From: a virus
DNA: 64,000 nucleotides
IMG/VR virus record: IMGVR_UViG_3300036790_000034
Location: 1 to 64,000 of that record
Reading direction: 5' to 3' (one strand)
The notes under the pieces are model-generated. The model saw only the letters and a list, made by a program, of their open reading frames with translations. It was not told where the DNA came from and searched no databases. The translations under genes and the position numbers were made by a program. Of this stretch, positions 45,240 through 54,674 are shown piece by piece (the stretch's first letter is position 1; every line of letters starts with the position of its first letter).

Positions 45240-46242
45240 TTCAGCCCTGAAAGCTGTCAATACTCAGATACAGAATCTCGCCACGACCGTCGGTGACGAG
45301 GGCCAACAAATCTTCGGTGATGCCAGCACGGTATTCAATAAGATTACAGGTGCTCTTAACGGCATCATCAGCGGTGGACCCGGCCAGAATGGATGGAGTG
45401 CTTCGGAGAACGCGGCACGTACCGCAGCAACAGTTCAGGCGGGGGCTACGGAAGCACGTAACCTCAAAGGTGCAGCGGCCTCGTCGGTCGCGGCCATTGG
45501 TGGCGGTAACACAGTCGCTCCCGCAGGCAGCACCCAGCAGATTGTCCAGAATGCCAACATTCAAGCGGCGTCTGATACCGCAGCGGGCCTCAACCAAAAT
45601 CAAATCGCCAACGCTGAAGCAGGACGTTCGGAATTTAATACCGCCGTCCAGCAAGAAGAAGGTGCGACCCAGATGTTCAATCCGGCGACTTCGGCAAATC
45701 AAGTATCTGTCGGTGCCAACCAGTCAGCATTCCAGTCTCAATCCCAGATGGATACCCAAAGTAATTGGGCGATGAACGACATCATGAAACTCGGTGTCGC
45801 GGGCGTTCAAGGTCTCGGAACCGCGATGTGTCCGGCTGAGGGTAGCAAGTATCTCATGGCCGACTACATGGAACTCCCGGTCGAAACGCTCAACGTTGGC
45901 GACCGCATTCTCGGTATCGACGGTCTGCCAGAAACGATTCTGGAAATCCAGTCTTCGCTCATGCCGATTGTTCGAGTCGAAACGGAAGACGGTCATGTCT
46001 CGCGAAGTTCGAGGGTTCACGCCTTTGCACTTCCTCATGGCGGATTCGTTGTCGCAACGGACTCGATGAGCAAGACGATTCGTACCTCGCTCGGCAAGAG
46101 CAAGGTCATCAACATCAAGTTTGACGGCATGGCACGCGTATTCAACGTCATCACTGACGGGTCACACACTTATCGGGCTGACGGAATTTGGGCCTTGGGT
46201 GTGGGCGAAGCCGAACGTAAGACGATGGCACAGGGAGCATAA
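45226..46242 (+). CDS. internal virion (ejection) protein with C-terminal Hint domain
   Basis: Ala/Gln/Asn-rich N-half; Hint from CPAEGSKYLMAD..PVETLNVGD to VFNVITDGSHTYRADGI. Confidence 0.8.
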   Translation: MCGPSSALKAVNTQIQNLATTVGDEGQQIFGDASTVFNKITGALNGIISGGPGQNGWSASENAARTAATVQAGATEARNLKGAAASSVAAIGGGNTVAPAGSTQQIVQNANIQAASDTAAGLNQNQIANAEAGRSEFNTAVQQEEGATQMFNPATSANQVSVGANQSAFQSQSQMDTQSNWAMNDIMKLGVAGVQGLGTAMCPAEGSKYLMADYMELPVETLNVGDRILGIDGLPETILEIQSSLMPIVRVETEDGHVSRSSRVHAFALPHGGFVVATDSMSKTIRTSLGKSKVINIKFDGMARVFNVITDGSHTYRADGIWALGVGEAERKTMAQGA

Positions 46243-46243
46243 G

Positions 46244-48562
46244 ATGACTGTCGAACAAAACGCACCACAGCAGCCAAACGCAATGGGCGGGGCATCGACC
46301 ACAACGTCGGATGTCAACGACCAACTACAGCCACGCACGCCTGACCAGTTGACTGCCGGGACATCCCCCGACCAGAAGACAGCGGGCACTCCCGACGTAA
46401 CGCAGGCTGCTGCGGTCAAGCAGAATCAGACTGACGGTGGGAAGAATCTTCCTCCGGCAGCCGCTCCTACGCAGGACAAACCACATCCGGTCAGCCGCAT
46501 CTTCGACAGCATTCTGAAGACGATGACAGGCGGGCCTGTGATGTACACGGCTCCCGATGGCTCCCGCAAGGAAGCCCCTCAGAGTCGCGGAGCGATGGGC
46601 AAGGCGATTGTCGCCGCTGCTCTCGCGGGACTTTTCACGCCGACGCAATATCGCGAAGGTGCATTCGGTTCCAAGGTCGAAGATTTCGGTGCGACCGCAG
46701 CCGGAGCAGCCGGAGCGGGCAAAGGCGTGATGCAGGAGTTCCGCAACAAGCCTCAGCAGATTTCTGATGAGCAGCAAGCGAAGCATCTCCAGACTGTGCT
46801 CAACACGACTAACCTCGCGACCACGATGGCCGCAAGTACGATTCAGAAACACAACGCTTTGGATGCGATGGTCAAGAGTTCGACTCCTCTGCTCGACAGC
46901 ATCCGAGATTATGAGAAGACTCGCGTTGACAATCAGCCACAGGCTTTGATTCAAGGTGACATGACCCACGAGGAAGCCCTCGCGAAGTTGAAGGGTCACA
47001 CAGGCGAGTGGACCGCAGTTCTTTCGGGAACTAAGGCTACTCTCAATCCTGAGACGGGTGAGACTGAAGAACACCCTGTCTACTCAGTCGTCAACCCGCA
47101 CGTCAAGGTTCCTTTGAACGAGGAAGCTGTCAAGTTGTATTCGACAGTCAATCCGACTTACAAAGGTGCGTGGGAAGCGACGAATGGGAAGGTTGAAGTT
47201 CCGTTGAACATGGCTGTGTCCGCACAGAACCTTGTCAATGAATCTCACGTTCTCCAAGCGTTCGCTAACAGCGACGAAATGAAGTCCGCATTCCCGAAGG
47301 TGAAGCCTGCGAACATCGCGGCTGTCATGAGCGGGCCGGACGGCAAACGCGTTGCTCAAGCACTCGACACGACTCGCGATGCTATCGCAGCGGGTGCCCC
47401 GGCGTACCAGACGTTGAACGCATTACAGCAGGCTCCCGGTGGACGCACGCTGATGCAGGCTCTCGGACTCGACCCCGGTCAAGTCAACGAGTACGTCAAA
47501 GACCAAACGAACAAAGCCATTCGCGAACAAGCACTCGCGAAAGAAGGCGGCGTAGGCGACAAGGCTCCAGTGTCCGCAGCACAGCAACAGACCCTCCAGT
47601 CGGCCATCAACAAAGTTGAAGACCCGACAGAGCATCAGACACTCTCGGCTCTTATCCCGCCCGACCGTCCGTTGACGATGGGCGAGTTCCAAAAGGTCGG
47701 AAACGAATTGCGTCAGACAGTCCAACGTCTGCACGAAGATAAATTGAAGACGGGTGACCCAGCGGTCCTCCAGTCTGAAGCTGATAGCATGTTGAATGGC
47801 AATGTGTCGAATCCAAAAGACCTCGCAACAATCCGGTCTGGCGGAGCACGTACGCTGATTGACAGCTTGCTCCAGAAGGGTGCTGAAGCACGCGGCCTGA
47901 ATCCTGTGAACCATACGTTCGCAACTCAGGAAGCAAAGGCTCGGGCCTTCGCAGAGTACAGTGACCCACAGAGCAAGATTGGTGCTCAGTTGAGTTCGTT
48001 CGATACCCTGATGCGACACACCGCAGAAGGTCTTGACGCGAACGAGAATTGGGTCCGGTCGGGTTCTCCTCTCATCAACGAGAAGTTGAACTGGCTGGCA
48101 GAGAACGCGACGAACGACCAAGACTATCAGACGTTCCGCGACACCATCATCGCTCCGGCGAAAGAGTACATGAACTTCCTGAATCAGAATCGTGCAGAAC
48201 ACGATTCTGACATCAAGGCAATGGACGGTATTCTCGGACCTAACGCAACTGCAAAGTCCGCACTCACGGCACTTCGGGTCATCACACAAACCGCTGATGC
48301 TCGTGCAGCGGGTCTCGGTCAAAAGTATCTCAACACGGTCAAGAACAACTACGAAGGACTCATCTCTCCGGTCGCTCTGCAAGTCATGCAGAAGTTCGGA
48401 ATCAAGAGTCAATCGGGTCCGTTGTCCGTGCAGTTGCCGCGTGGCTGGCAGGGCAACTCAGCATCGCCTCTTACGCCCCAAGCGTTGGATTCGTTCTGGG
48501 AAGCATCTGGTCACAACAAGCAATACGCGATGGACCTCGCAAAAGAAAACGGCTGGCGATAA
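46244..48562 (+). CDS. internal virion/DNA ejection protein (MTVEQNAP...)
   Basis: Large helical Ala/Gln-rich protein in the ejection module; GGGAG RBS. Confidence 0.7.
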   Translation: MTVEQNAPQQPNAMGGASTTTSDVNDQLQPRTPDQLTAGTSPDQKTAGTPDVTQAAAVKQNQTDGGKNLPPAAAPTQDKPHPVSRIFDSILKTMTGGPVMYTAPDGSRKEAPQSRGAMGKAIVAAALAGLFTPTQYREGAFGSKVEDFGATAAGAAGAGKGVMQEFRNKPQQISDEQQAKHLQTVLNTTNLATTMAASTIQKHNALDAMVKSSTPLLDSIRDYEKTRVDNQPQALIQGDMTHEEALAKLKGHTGEWTAVLSGTKATLNPETGETEEHPVYSVVNPHVKVPLNEEAVKLYSTVNPTYKGAWEATNGKVEVPLNMAVSAQNLVNESHVLQAFANSDEMKSAFPKVKPANIAAVMSGPDGKRVAQALDTTRDAIAAGAPAYQTLNALQQAPGGRTLMQALGLDPGQVNEYVKDQTNKAIREQALAKEGGVGDKAPVSAAQQQTLQSAINKVEDPTEHQTLSALIPPDRPLTMGEFQKVGNELRQTVQRLHEDKLKTGDPAVLQSEADSMLNGNVSNPKDLATIRSGGARTLIDSLLQKGAEARGLNPVNHTFATQEAKARAFAEYSDPQSKIGAQLSSFDTLMRHTAEGLDANENWVRSGSPLINEKLNWLAENATNDQDYQTFRDTIIAPAKEYMNFLNQNRAEHDSDIKAMDGILGPNATAKSALTALRVITQTADARAAGLGQKYLNTVKNNYEGLISPVALQVMQKFGIKSQSGPLSVQLPRGWQGNSASPLTPQALDSFWEASGHNKQYAMDLAKENGWR

Positions 48563-48577
48563 CAGAAAGGGTAGCAC

Positions 48578-51500
48578 ATGGAAAGCATGTTCCAACAGAA
48601 GGAAGACCAGAGCAAGCAACCACCAACTCAACCCAATGCTACCCCTGCTCCGGCCCCAACTCCGGCTGCGGCGGCTCCTGCTGCCCAGCCTAATCCTGCC
48701 GCTGGCGGGATGGACGCCATGTTTAGCCAGAAGGAAAAATCTGAGAACCCGCCTGCTGTAGCTGCGGGTGCAACTCAGCACACCGCGAACGAGGACAACT
48801 CCGCAGCGGCGAAAGAACTCGCAAGCAAACAGGGTGCCGCAAAACACGGCATCCTTGCTCGTGCATGGGATTGGGTCAACGAACCTATTCTCGACAACGT
48901 TCTTCCTGAAGGTGTGAAGACCGCTGACATCATCAAGGGTGCAGCGTTTGAGAAGATGTACAACGAAGCGTACATCCCCGGCGTCAACGATTTCAACACG
49001 AAGGCAGCAACTCACTTCGAGCCTGCTGAGAAGGCTCTGTCGGCTCTCGGGCCACAGGAGAAAGACGGAGCAATCAAACGAAACATTCGCCAGTTTCTCA
49101 TCGACCACGCGTCTTCACTCGACGCGGCTGCGAACGCAGGCAATACGTTCGTTGCTGGTGCGACACGAGATACGGCGGACATGGGAGCGGGATTCACTTC
49201 GCCTCTATCTCTTGGTACACTCGGACTCGGTAAGGCGGGACGTGTTGGCAAGGTGCTGGCTCCGCTCGTCGGAACCGCATTCGGCCTGCAAGGTCTCGGT
49301 CAAGCGGGTGAGGGTGCCCAGAAACTCGCACGTACAACGACGTGGGAGAATTTGAAGCACGGATACCTCGACCCAGATGCAGTTCAAGAAATGCTCGGTG
49401 GGGCTGGACAAGCGGCATTGGCAGGTACGGCTCCTGTTCATGGGGCTGGCGACCTCGTCGATTTCGCTAAAGGGAAAGCACGTCCGGTCATGTCTACGGT
49501 CGGCGGACAAGAAGTCCCTGTTCGTGCATCCGGCACTGTTGCGGAAGCAGTTCAGAAAGGCGTGTCGCCGGAAGTCAATCAGGCCGCGACTGCGAAGACA
49601 CAAGCCGCAGTTCAGGAGGGTGTTGGCAACGTCGTTGGTGAAGGCGTCGGTTCTAAAGCCCCGACGAAGATTGCAGGACAAGACCGTCTCGGCATTCGTG
49701 CTCACGCAGCCGACCTCAAAGAAGCTGCGACTGACGCGATGGATGAACTCAATCGTCTCAGCAACGGTGATTACGAAGACGCTAAGGACATGATGGAGAA
49801 GTCGAAACGCGACTTCACTACCAAGGGTCGTGAGGACTTCACCACTGCACAAGGACTCCACGACGACATCATCGACCAACATCGCGAAGCAATGGCGAAC
49901 GCTGGGTACGATGTCGATGAGATGAAGGCAAATTATCGCAAAGCTATTGCTCTCGAAAAGATTGCCTCTCGCATGGACACAGCCACAGGTCCGTTGGAAG
50001 GTGGGACAGGATATGAAGTCAAGGGTGAACGTCTTGCGAAAATTATCGACGACATGCGACGGGTTCCCGGCAACGAAAATCCCTCGCTCTCGAAGAACCT
50101 CTTCGAGCGTGCTGGGCTGACCGAGGACCACATCAACGCGTTGGCTGACCTCGCGGATACTCTCCGTGACCAGCAAGAGATTCCGAAGTTCGGGTCTCTG
50201 ACCAAGTTGGCTGCGAAGGCAATCTCTATCGCGGCGACGACACACATCGCCGGAGCCTCCGGCTTGTCTGGACTCTTCGAGGGTCTTGCGGGCGAGAAGG
50301 CGGGCGAGGTTGTCGGCAGCAAGGTCATGACCAAACTGTTCGGTGACGCTCTGACCTCAGAGCCGTTGGCGAAGGAACTCAACCAGAAATTGAAAGGCGG
50401 TGTCGCGGCCTTGAGCACTTGGGATAAATTCCAGAGTGCCGTGAAGGACGCGTACGCAAAAGCCAAGAGCGTAGACCTCGGCGGTGAAGAAGGTGCCGTA
50501 GGTGCCAACGTCACACGTCGGAATGTCGGTGAGCCACAGACGGGGAAATTCTCCCGTGGTGCCCAGCCCGTCAATGACACGCCGATGAAGGACATGGAAG
50601 TTAAGAAACGCGAGAACGGCGATTGGGAATTCAATCACCCGAATGGCACAAGCCAGATGGTGTTGCACCCAGAGCCGGACACGCGACCGGGATATGAAGG
50701 TAAGACTCAGCTTCGCCAGACGGGAATCTCCGCTGTCGATGCTCCCGGTGCAGGTCAACAGATGATGGACGATGCCGTTGCTCGGATGAAGAATCTCGAC
50801 AACGTCAGTCGCGTCGTCTCGGACCACCCTGACCTCCGGTCGCCGGAGAACGAAGGGCATTGGTCAAAACTCGCTCGACGCGGTCACAACGTCGAAACAG
50901 AGCCAGCGATGGATAGCGACGGCAAGCCGTTCACTGGTCCGAATGGAGAAGAGGGTAAAGCCTACTCCATCTCGAACGAGGACAACGGAGCCAGTCAAGT
51001 CGCGGCTCACGAAGAAAAGGGTGGTTCGACGTTCGACTCTAAAGGTCGCAACCTCGATGGCTCGGACAAGTATACCGTAGCTACACACCCCGAACGCACT
51101 CAGGTAGTCGATGGGAAGTTGACGCCCGAACGTCTTCGTCAATTTAAGACTTTGAATGCGGACCTTCTGAATCAGGAAGGCTACGGCATCGGGACTTGGG
51201 ATGATACGGACTCAGGCAAAACGACTCTCGACATCGTGAAGTTGTTCGACGACCGTAAGGACGCGGTTCAAGCTGGAAAGTCAGCGAACCAGAAAGCAAT
51301 TTATCATCTCGGTGGTGAAGGTGAAATTCCGACGGGCGGAACGGATAAGGTTCCCGGCTCGGTCGCGGATGCTGGAGCACGTTATAACAAATCAGTCGGC
51401 AAGAACCCAGAGATTGACAACACGAAAGTGGGTGTTGACTCTCGGGCGAATGCTATCGCTGACGCGTATGACGCGTTGAAGCACAACCCTAACGACCCCA

Positions 51501-53368
51501 AGGTGAAGGCAGCATACGACGCACTCATCAAAGAGACGAAGGCTCAGTGGAACGCGTTGAAAGACGCGGGTTATAAGTTGGAGCCGACGGCCCAAGACCC
51601 TTACAAGGGTTATGAAGAGATGCGTGATGACATCAACCAGAACAAGCGAATCAAGGTGTGGACGGGCGGACAACCTCCGGCTGACCATCCTCTGTCGGCG
51701 GTAGACCCGGAGACGGGCCTGACGCACAACACGCTGTTCCGTGCGGTTCATGACATCATGGGTCACGTCGCGGGAGACAACGACTTCTCGCAAGCCGGAG
51801 AAGAGAATGCCTATCAGCGTCACGCACAGTCTTACAGCAAAGAAGCACTCCCGGCTCTGACTACAGAGACCAAGGGTCAAACCTCGAACTTCTTCAACAG
51901 TAGTAAGGTTCGTTCGGGTGCGGCCCCGGATTTCGCAGAACAGAAAGCTGGACTGCTCCCCGATAAGTTCAACGGGCCTCAGCAATCTGCGACGGCTGAG
52001 AGTAGTGAAATCGCAACGCGTCGTCCGACATCAAAGAAAACTGATGTGACGAACGCTCCCGGCCAACACGCAGATATGGCCGGAGTAGAAGCCGCGACCA
52101 AGGCCAACCCCGGTGGGGGTGGGAAACTTGGATACGCGGAGAAGTTGGCACGAACTGTCGCGAAGTACACAGGGATTGAATTCTCGGAAGAAGACCTCCA
52201 GAATCCGCAGAAGGTGATGGAGAAATTCATCAACCACATGACGGACAATCTCGTGTCGCTGCACGATTCGATGCCGGAGCCAATGCGTCAGCTTGCTCGT
52301 CAGTGGTACGATACTGCGAACACGATGGCAAAGCAGATGGCTCAGAAGCACGGGGTCACACCTGAGCAGTCAGCCGGAGTCTTGGCAGCGTTGTCCCCAC
52401 AGAACGCGTGGGACAACAACGTCGCACTGGCCGACCGCGTCATGGACACCTACAAGAATCGCCAGAACTTTGAGTACTCTCCGAAGATGGAAGCCCAAGC
52501 AGCGAAGATTAAGCAAGGGCAACTGTCGCGGGCGGCTCAAGGGATGTTGAAAGACATCCACGGCAAGACGCTGAGTGAGATTGATGCCCAGCAGATGCCG
52601 GAGCGATTCGCAAAGAAATGGGGTGATGAAGCGGACCAAAAGTGGGCGAACGTCAAAAAGGCTCAACAGGCGATGTGGGTTCGGTTGTACGACGAAGCAC
52701 ACAATTCTCCTCAGAACCCGATGTTCCACCCGAACGGCGACATAGTTGGAATGTCACCCAACTCTCGTTCGTGGATTGGTCTCGACCGCGTAGCGAAGTC
52801 TCTCCGCATCCTTGACAATGGCAGCGTCGATAACATCAACGCAGTCATGGGGGACGGAAACAAGATTCGCAACTTCTACAACAACATCATCAATCCCGAT
52901 TCACCCAACGGGCACACGACGATTGATACGCCCGCAGTTGGTGCGGCTCACTTCCAGCCGTTCTCCGGCGACGATGCTGAAGTTCAACACAACTTCGGCA
53001 ACTCTCCAAAAGGAATCGCTGGTGCCCCGAAGCACGCAGGAACAGGAATGCGTGGGACGTATCCGCTTTATGCGGAGGCGTACAAGCGTGCGGCTGCGAA
53101 GCTGGGCCTCCAGCCCCGCGAATTGCAGTCAATCACTTGGGAAGGGATTCGGTCGCTGATGGGCGACGAGAAAAAGACTCCAGCGTTGAAAGCCTTCGCC
53201 CGCGAAACGTGGGATAAGGTTCAAACAAAAGAGTTGACACCGCAGCAGGCTCGTGATTTAATTATCGAGAAGGCTGGCGGATTCTCAAAACCGTCTTGGA
53301 TGACCGATGAGCAATGGGATGAGGCTATGGGTACAGGCTTCAACCCAGAGGAGTTCAACCATGAGTAA
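48578..53368 (+). CDS. large polyvalent ejection protein (GNAT-like, zincin-like and glycosylase-like modules)
   Basis: 1596 aa; GAGQQMM..SD..RSPE..HWSKL; FRAVHDIMGH..F...GEENA; QWYD..AALSPQNAW..KIRNFYNN..TIDT..PRELQSITW. Confidence 0.75.
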   Translation: MESMFQQKEDQSKQPPTQPNATPAPAPTPAAAAPAAQPNPAAGGMDAMFSQKEKSENPPAVAAGATQHTANEDNSAAAKELASKQGAAKHGILARAWDWVNEPILDNVLPEGVKTADIIKGAAFEKMYNEAYIPGVNDFNTKAATHFEPAEKALSALGPQEKDGAIKRNIRQFLIDHASSLDAAANAGNTFVAGATRDTADMGAGFTSPLSLGTLGLGKAGRVGKVLAPLVGTAFGLQGLGQAGEGAQKLARTTTWENLKHGYLDPDAVQEMLGGAGQAALAGTAPVHGAGDLVDFAKGKARPVMSTVGGQEVPVRASGTVAEAVQKGVSPEVNQAATAKTQAAVQEGVGNVVGEGVGSKAPTKIAGQDRLGIRAHAADLKEAATDAMDELNRLSNGDYEDAKDMMEKSKRDFTTKGREDFTTAQGLHDDIIDQHREAMANAGYDVDEMKANYRKAIALEKIASRMDTATGPLEGGTGYEVKGERLAKIIDDMRRVPGNENPSLSKNLFERAGLTEDHINALADLADTLRDQQEIPKFGSLTKLAAKAISIAATTHIAGASGLSGLFEGLAGEKAGEVVGSKVMTKLFGDALTSEPLAKELNQKLKGGVAALSTWDKFQSAVKDAYAKAKSVDLGGEEGAVGANVTRRNVGEPQTGKFSRGAQPVNDTPMKDMEVKKRENGDWEFNHPNGTSQMVLHPEPDTRPGYEGKTQLRQTGISAVDAPGAGQQMMDDAVARMKNLDNVSRVVSDHPDLRSPENEGHWSKLARRGHNVETEPAMDSDGKPFTGPNGEEGKAYSISNEDNGASQVAAHEEKGGSTFDSKGRNLDGSDKYTVATHPERTQVVDGKLTPERLRQFKTLNADLLNQEGYGIGTWDDTDSGKTTLDIVKLFDDRKDAVQAGKSANQKAIYHLGGEGEIPTGGTDKVPGSVADAGARYNKSVGKNPEIDNTKVGVDSRANAIADAYDALKHNPNDPKVKAAYDALIKETKAQWNALKDAGYKLEPTAQDPYKGYEEMRDDINQNKRIKVWTGGQPPADHPLSAVDPETGLTHNTLFRAVHDIMGHVAGDNDFSQAGEENAYQRHAQSYSKEALPALTTETKGQTSNFFNSSKVRSGAAPDFAEQKAGLLPDKFNGPQQSATAESSEIATRRPTSKKTDVTNAPGQHADMAGVEAATKANPGGGGKLGYAEKLARTVAKYTGIEFSEEDLQNPQKVMEKFINHMTDNLVSLHDSMPEPMRQLARQWYDTANTMAKQMAQKHGVTPEQSAGVLAALSPQNAWDNNVALADRVMDTYKNRQNFEYSPKMEAQAAKIKQGQLSRAAQGMLKDIHGKTLSEIDAQQMPERFAKKWGDEADQKWANVKKAQQAMWVRLYDEAHNSPQNPMFHPNGDIVGMSPNSRSWIGLDRVAKSLRILDNGSVDNINAVMGDGNKIRNFYNNIINPDSPNGHTTIDTPAVGAAHFQPFSGDDAEVQHNFGNSPKGIAGAPKHAGTGMRGTYPLYAEAYKRAAAKLGLQPRELQSITWEGIRSLMGDEKKTPALKAFARETWDKVQTKELTPQQARDLIIEKAGGFSKPSWMTDEQWDEAMGTGFNPEEFNHE

Positions 53369-53576
53369 CGCGATTCTCGATGTCATGGATTATTACGGTG
53401 ATGCCATGACCCGCGACAACTATCTGAAGACAGCCTACCCCGGCAAACCGCCGAGTAAGCTGGACAACGAGAGCGAAGCGGAACTCCCACAGGACGACAT
53501 CCGGTTCATGGCCCACCGACCCGTGACCCACGAGGAAGAAGTTGCCGAAGCAGCGGCAAAGACCTCGAAGAAATAG
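53361..53576 (+). CDS. small acidic protein coupled to the polyvalent protein
   Basis: GAGGAG RBS; start overlaps the upstream stop; MTRDNYLKTAY..EAELP. Confidence 0.65.
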   Translation: MSNAILDVMDYYGDAMTRDNYLKTAYPGKPPSKLDNESEAELPQDDIRFMAHRPVTHEEEVAEAAAKTSKK

Positions 53577-53583
53577 CGAAGGG

Positions 53584-53613
53584 TTGACATCCGTCAGCCC
53601 TTCGTGGTAGACT
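53584..53613 (+). promoter_or_regulatory. sigma70-like promoter
   Basis: TTGACA-18-TAGACT with TG. Confidence 0.6.
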
Positions 53614-53634
53614 TGTCAAAGAGGACTCCCAGAC

Positions 53635-54099
53635 ATGTTGAAGCAAGACGACTACATCAAGGGTCGTCTGGTTGAGATGGGTTGGCGTTTCGGTCAATCA
53701 TACACCGGAGCAGCCGGACACATCGCAGGCCAGATGATTATGCAGACTCTCGCCAATCGCGTGCGTGCGGGTTGGGCGTCATGGCTACAGGTCATCGACC
53801 GCATCCCGAATCACATGGCAGAGAACGAAATGCCGCCTCTTGTGCATCCACCGATTCATGAGCCGACCTTCGTCAAGCTGCTTCAAGCTGTTGACGGCGT
53901 CTTCGATGGTGCCATCAACGACTTGTCGAAGGGTTCTCTCTATTGGGGCGACCTCGCGAAGATTGAACGCGAATGGTTCCGTGACAAAATCATCCACGCA
54001 AAGAAGCACATCAACATCAGCGACGGCGGATTAGAGCTAGTCGAAGTTCCGGCACACCAACGTGTCGCGAACATGAACGGTCTGACGTTCTGGAACTAA
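53635..54099 (+). CDS. SleB/cell-wall-hydrolase-2-like protein, catalytic Glu not evident
   Basis: TLANRV..W, DLSKGSLYW and C-terminal NGLTFW pattern. Confidence 0.5.
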   Translation: MLKQDDYIKGRLVEMGWRFGQSYTGAAGHIAGQMIMQTLANRVRAGWASWLQVIDRIPNHMAENEMPPLVHPPIHEPTFVKLLQAVDGVFDGAINDLSKGSLYWGDLAKIEREWFRDKIIHAKKHINISDGGLELVEVPAHQRVANMNGLTFWN

Positions 54100-54124
54100 G
54101 AAGTAGCCGGAGGAGAGAATTGAG

Positions 54125-54400
54125 ATGGGTATGGAGACTGTGATAGCTGGTCTCAAGAAAATGGTCAGCGACAAAACACTGTCTGACCTGAAGGACTATC
54201 ATCTGCCAATCATGATTTTTATGTTTCTTGGCGGCGGGGTTCTGGCTTGGTTCGGCAAAATGACGTACGCATTCGTTGCCTTCACGGGAACGATTGTTGG
54301 GGGAATTACGGGCCACGCTTTCTCCCCGGCCCAACGAGACAAGGACGACTCCGATGTTGCATCTTCCTCTGGCAGCACTGATTCAGGTAGTAGCAAGTAA
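54125..54400 (+). CDS. putative holin (2 TM)
   Basis: Two hydrophobic helices; hydrophilic C-tail. Confidence 0.5.
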   Translation: MGMETVIAGLKKMVSDKTLSDLKDYHLPIMIFMFLGGGVLAWFGKMTYAFVAFTGTIVGGITGHAFSPAQRDKDDSDVASSSGSTDSGSSK

Positions 54401-54662
54401 CCCCACACCTTTTGAGTGGGCATCCCAACATATTCATCTCATCGCGTGGCCGACCATCGTATTCTTCGTTGCCAAGGCAGCGTGGTACGCCGCGAAATTT
54501 TTCACTGAGACAAAACAGCAGGTTGACAAGACCATCGGGCAAATCAACACGATGGCGACCAACCACTTCCCCCACATGGAGAAGAGTCTCATCAACATGG
54601 ACAAGAACGTCACTCGCCTCGTGATGCACCAGACAGGCGATGCAAGCGTAGTCGAAAACTAA
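54354..54662 (+). CDS. membrane protein, holin/antiholin-like (1 TM plus coiled coil)
   Basis: IAWPTIVFFVAKAAW followed by a helix ending TNHFPHME. Confidence 0.5.
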   Translation: MLHLPLAALIQVVASNPTPFEWASQHIHLIAWPTIVFFVAKAAWYAAKFFTETKQQVDKTIGQINTMATNHFPHMEKSLINMDKNVTRLVMHQTGDASVVEN

Positions 54663-54674
54663 GACGGAGGACTC

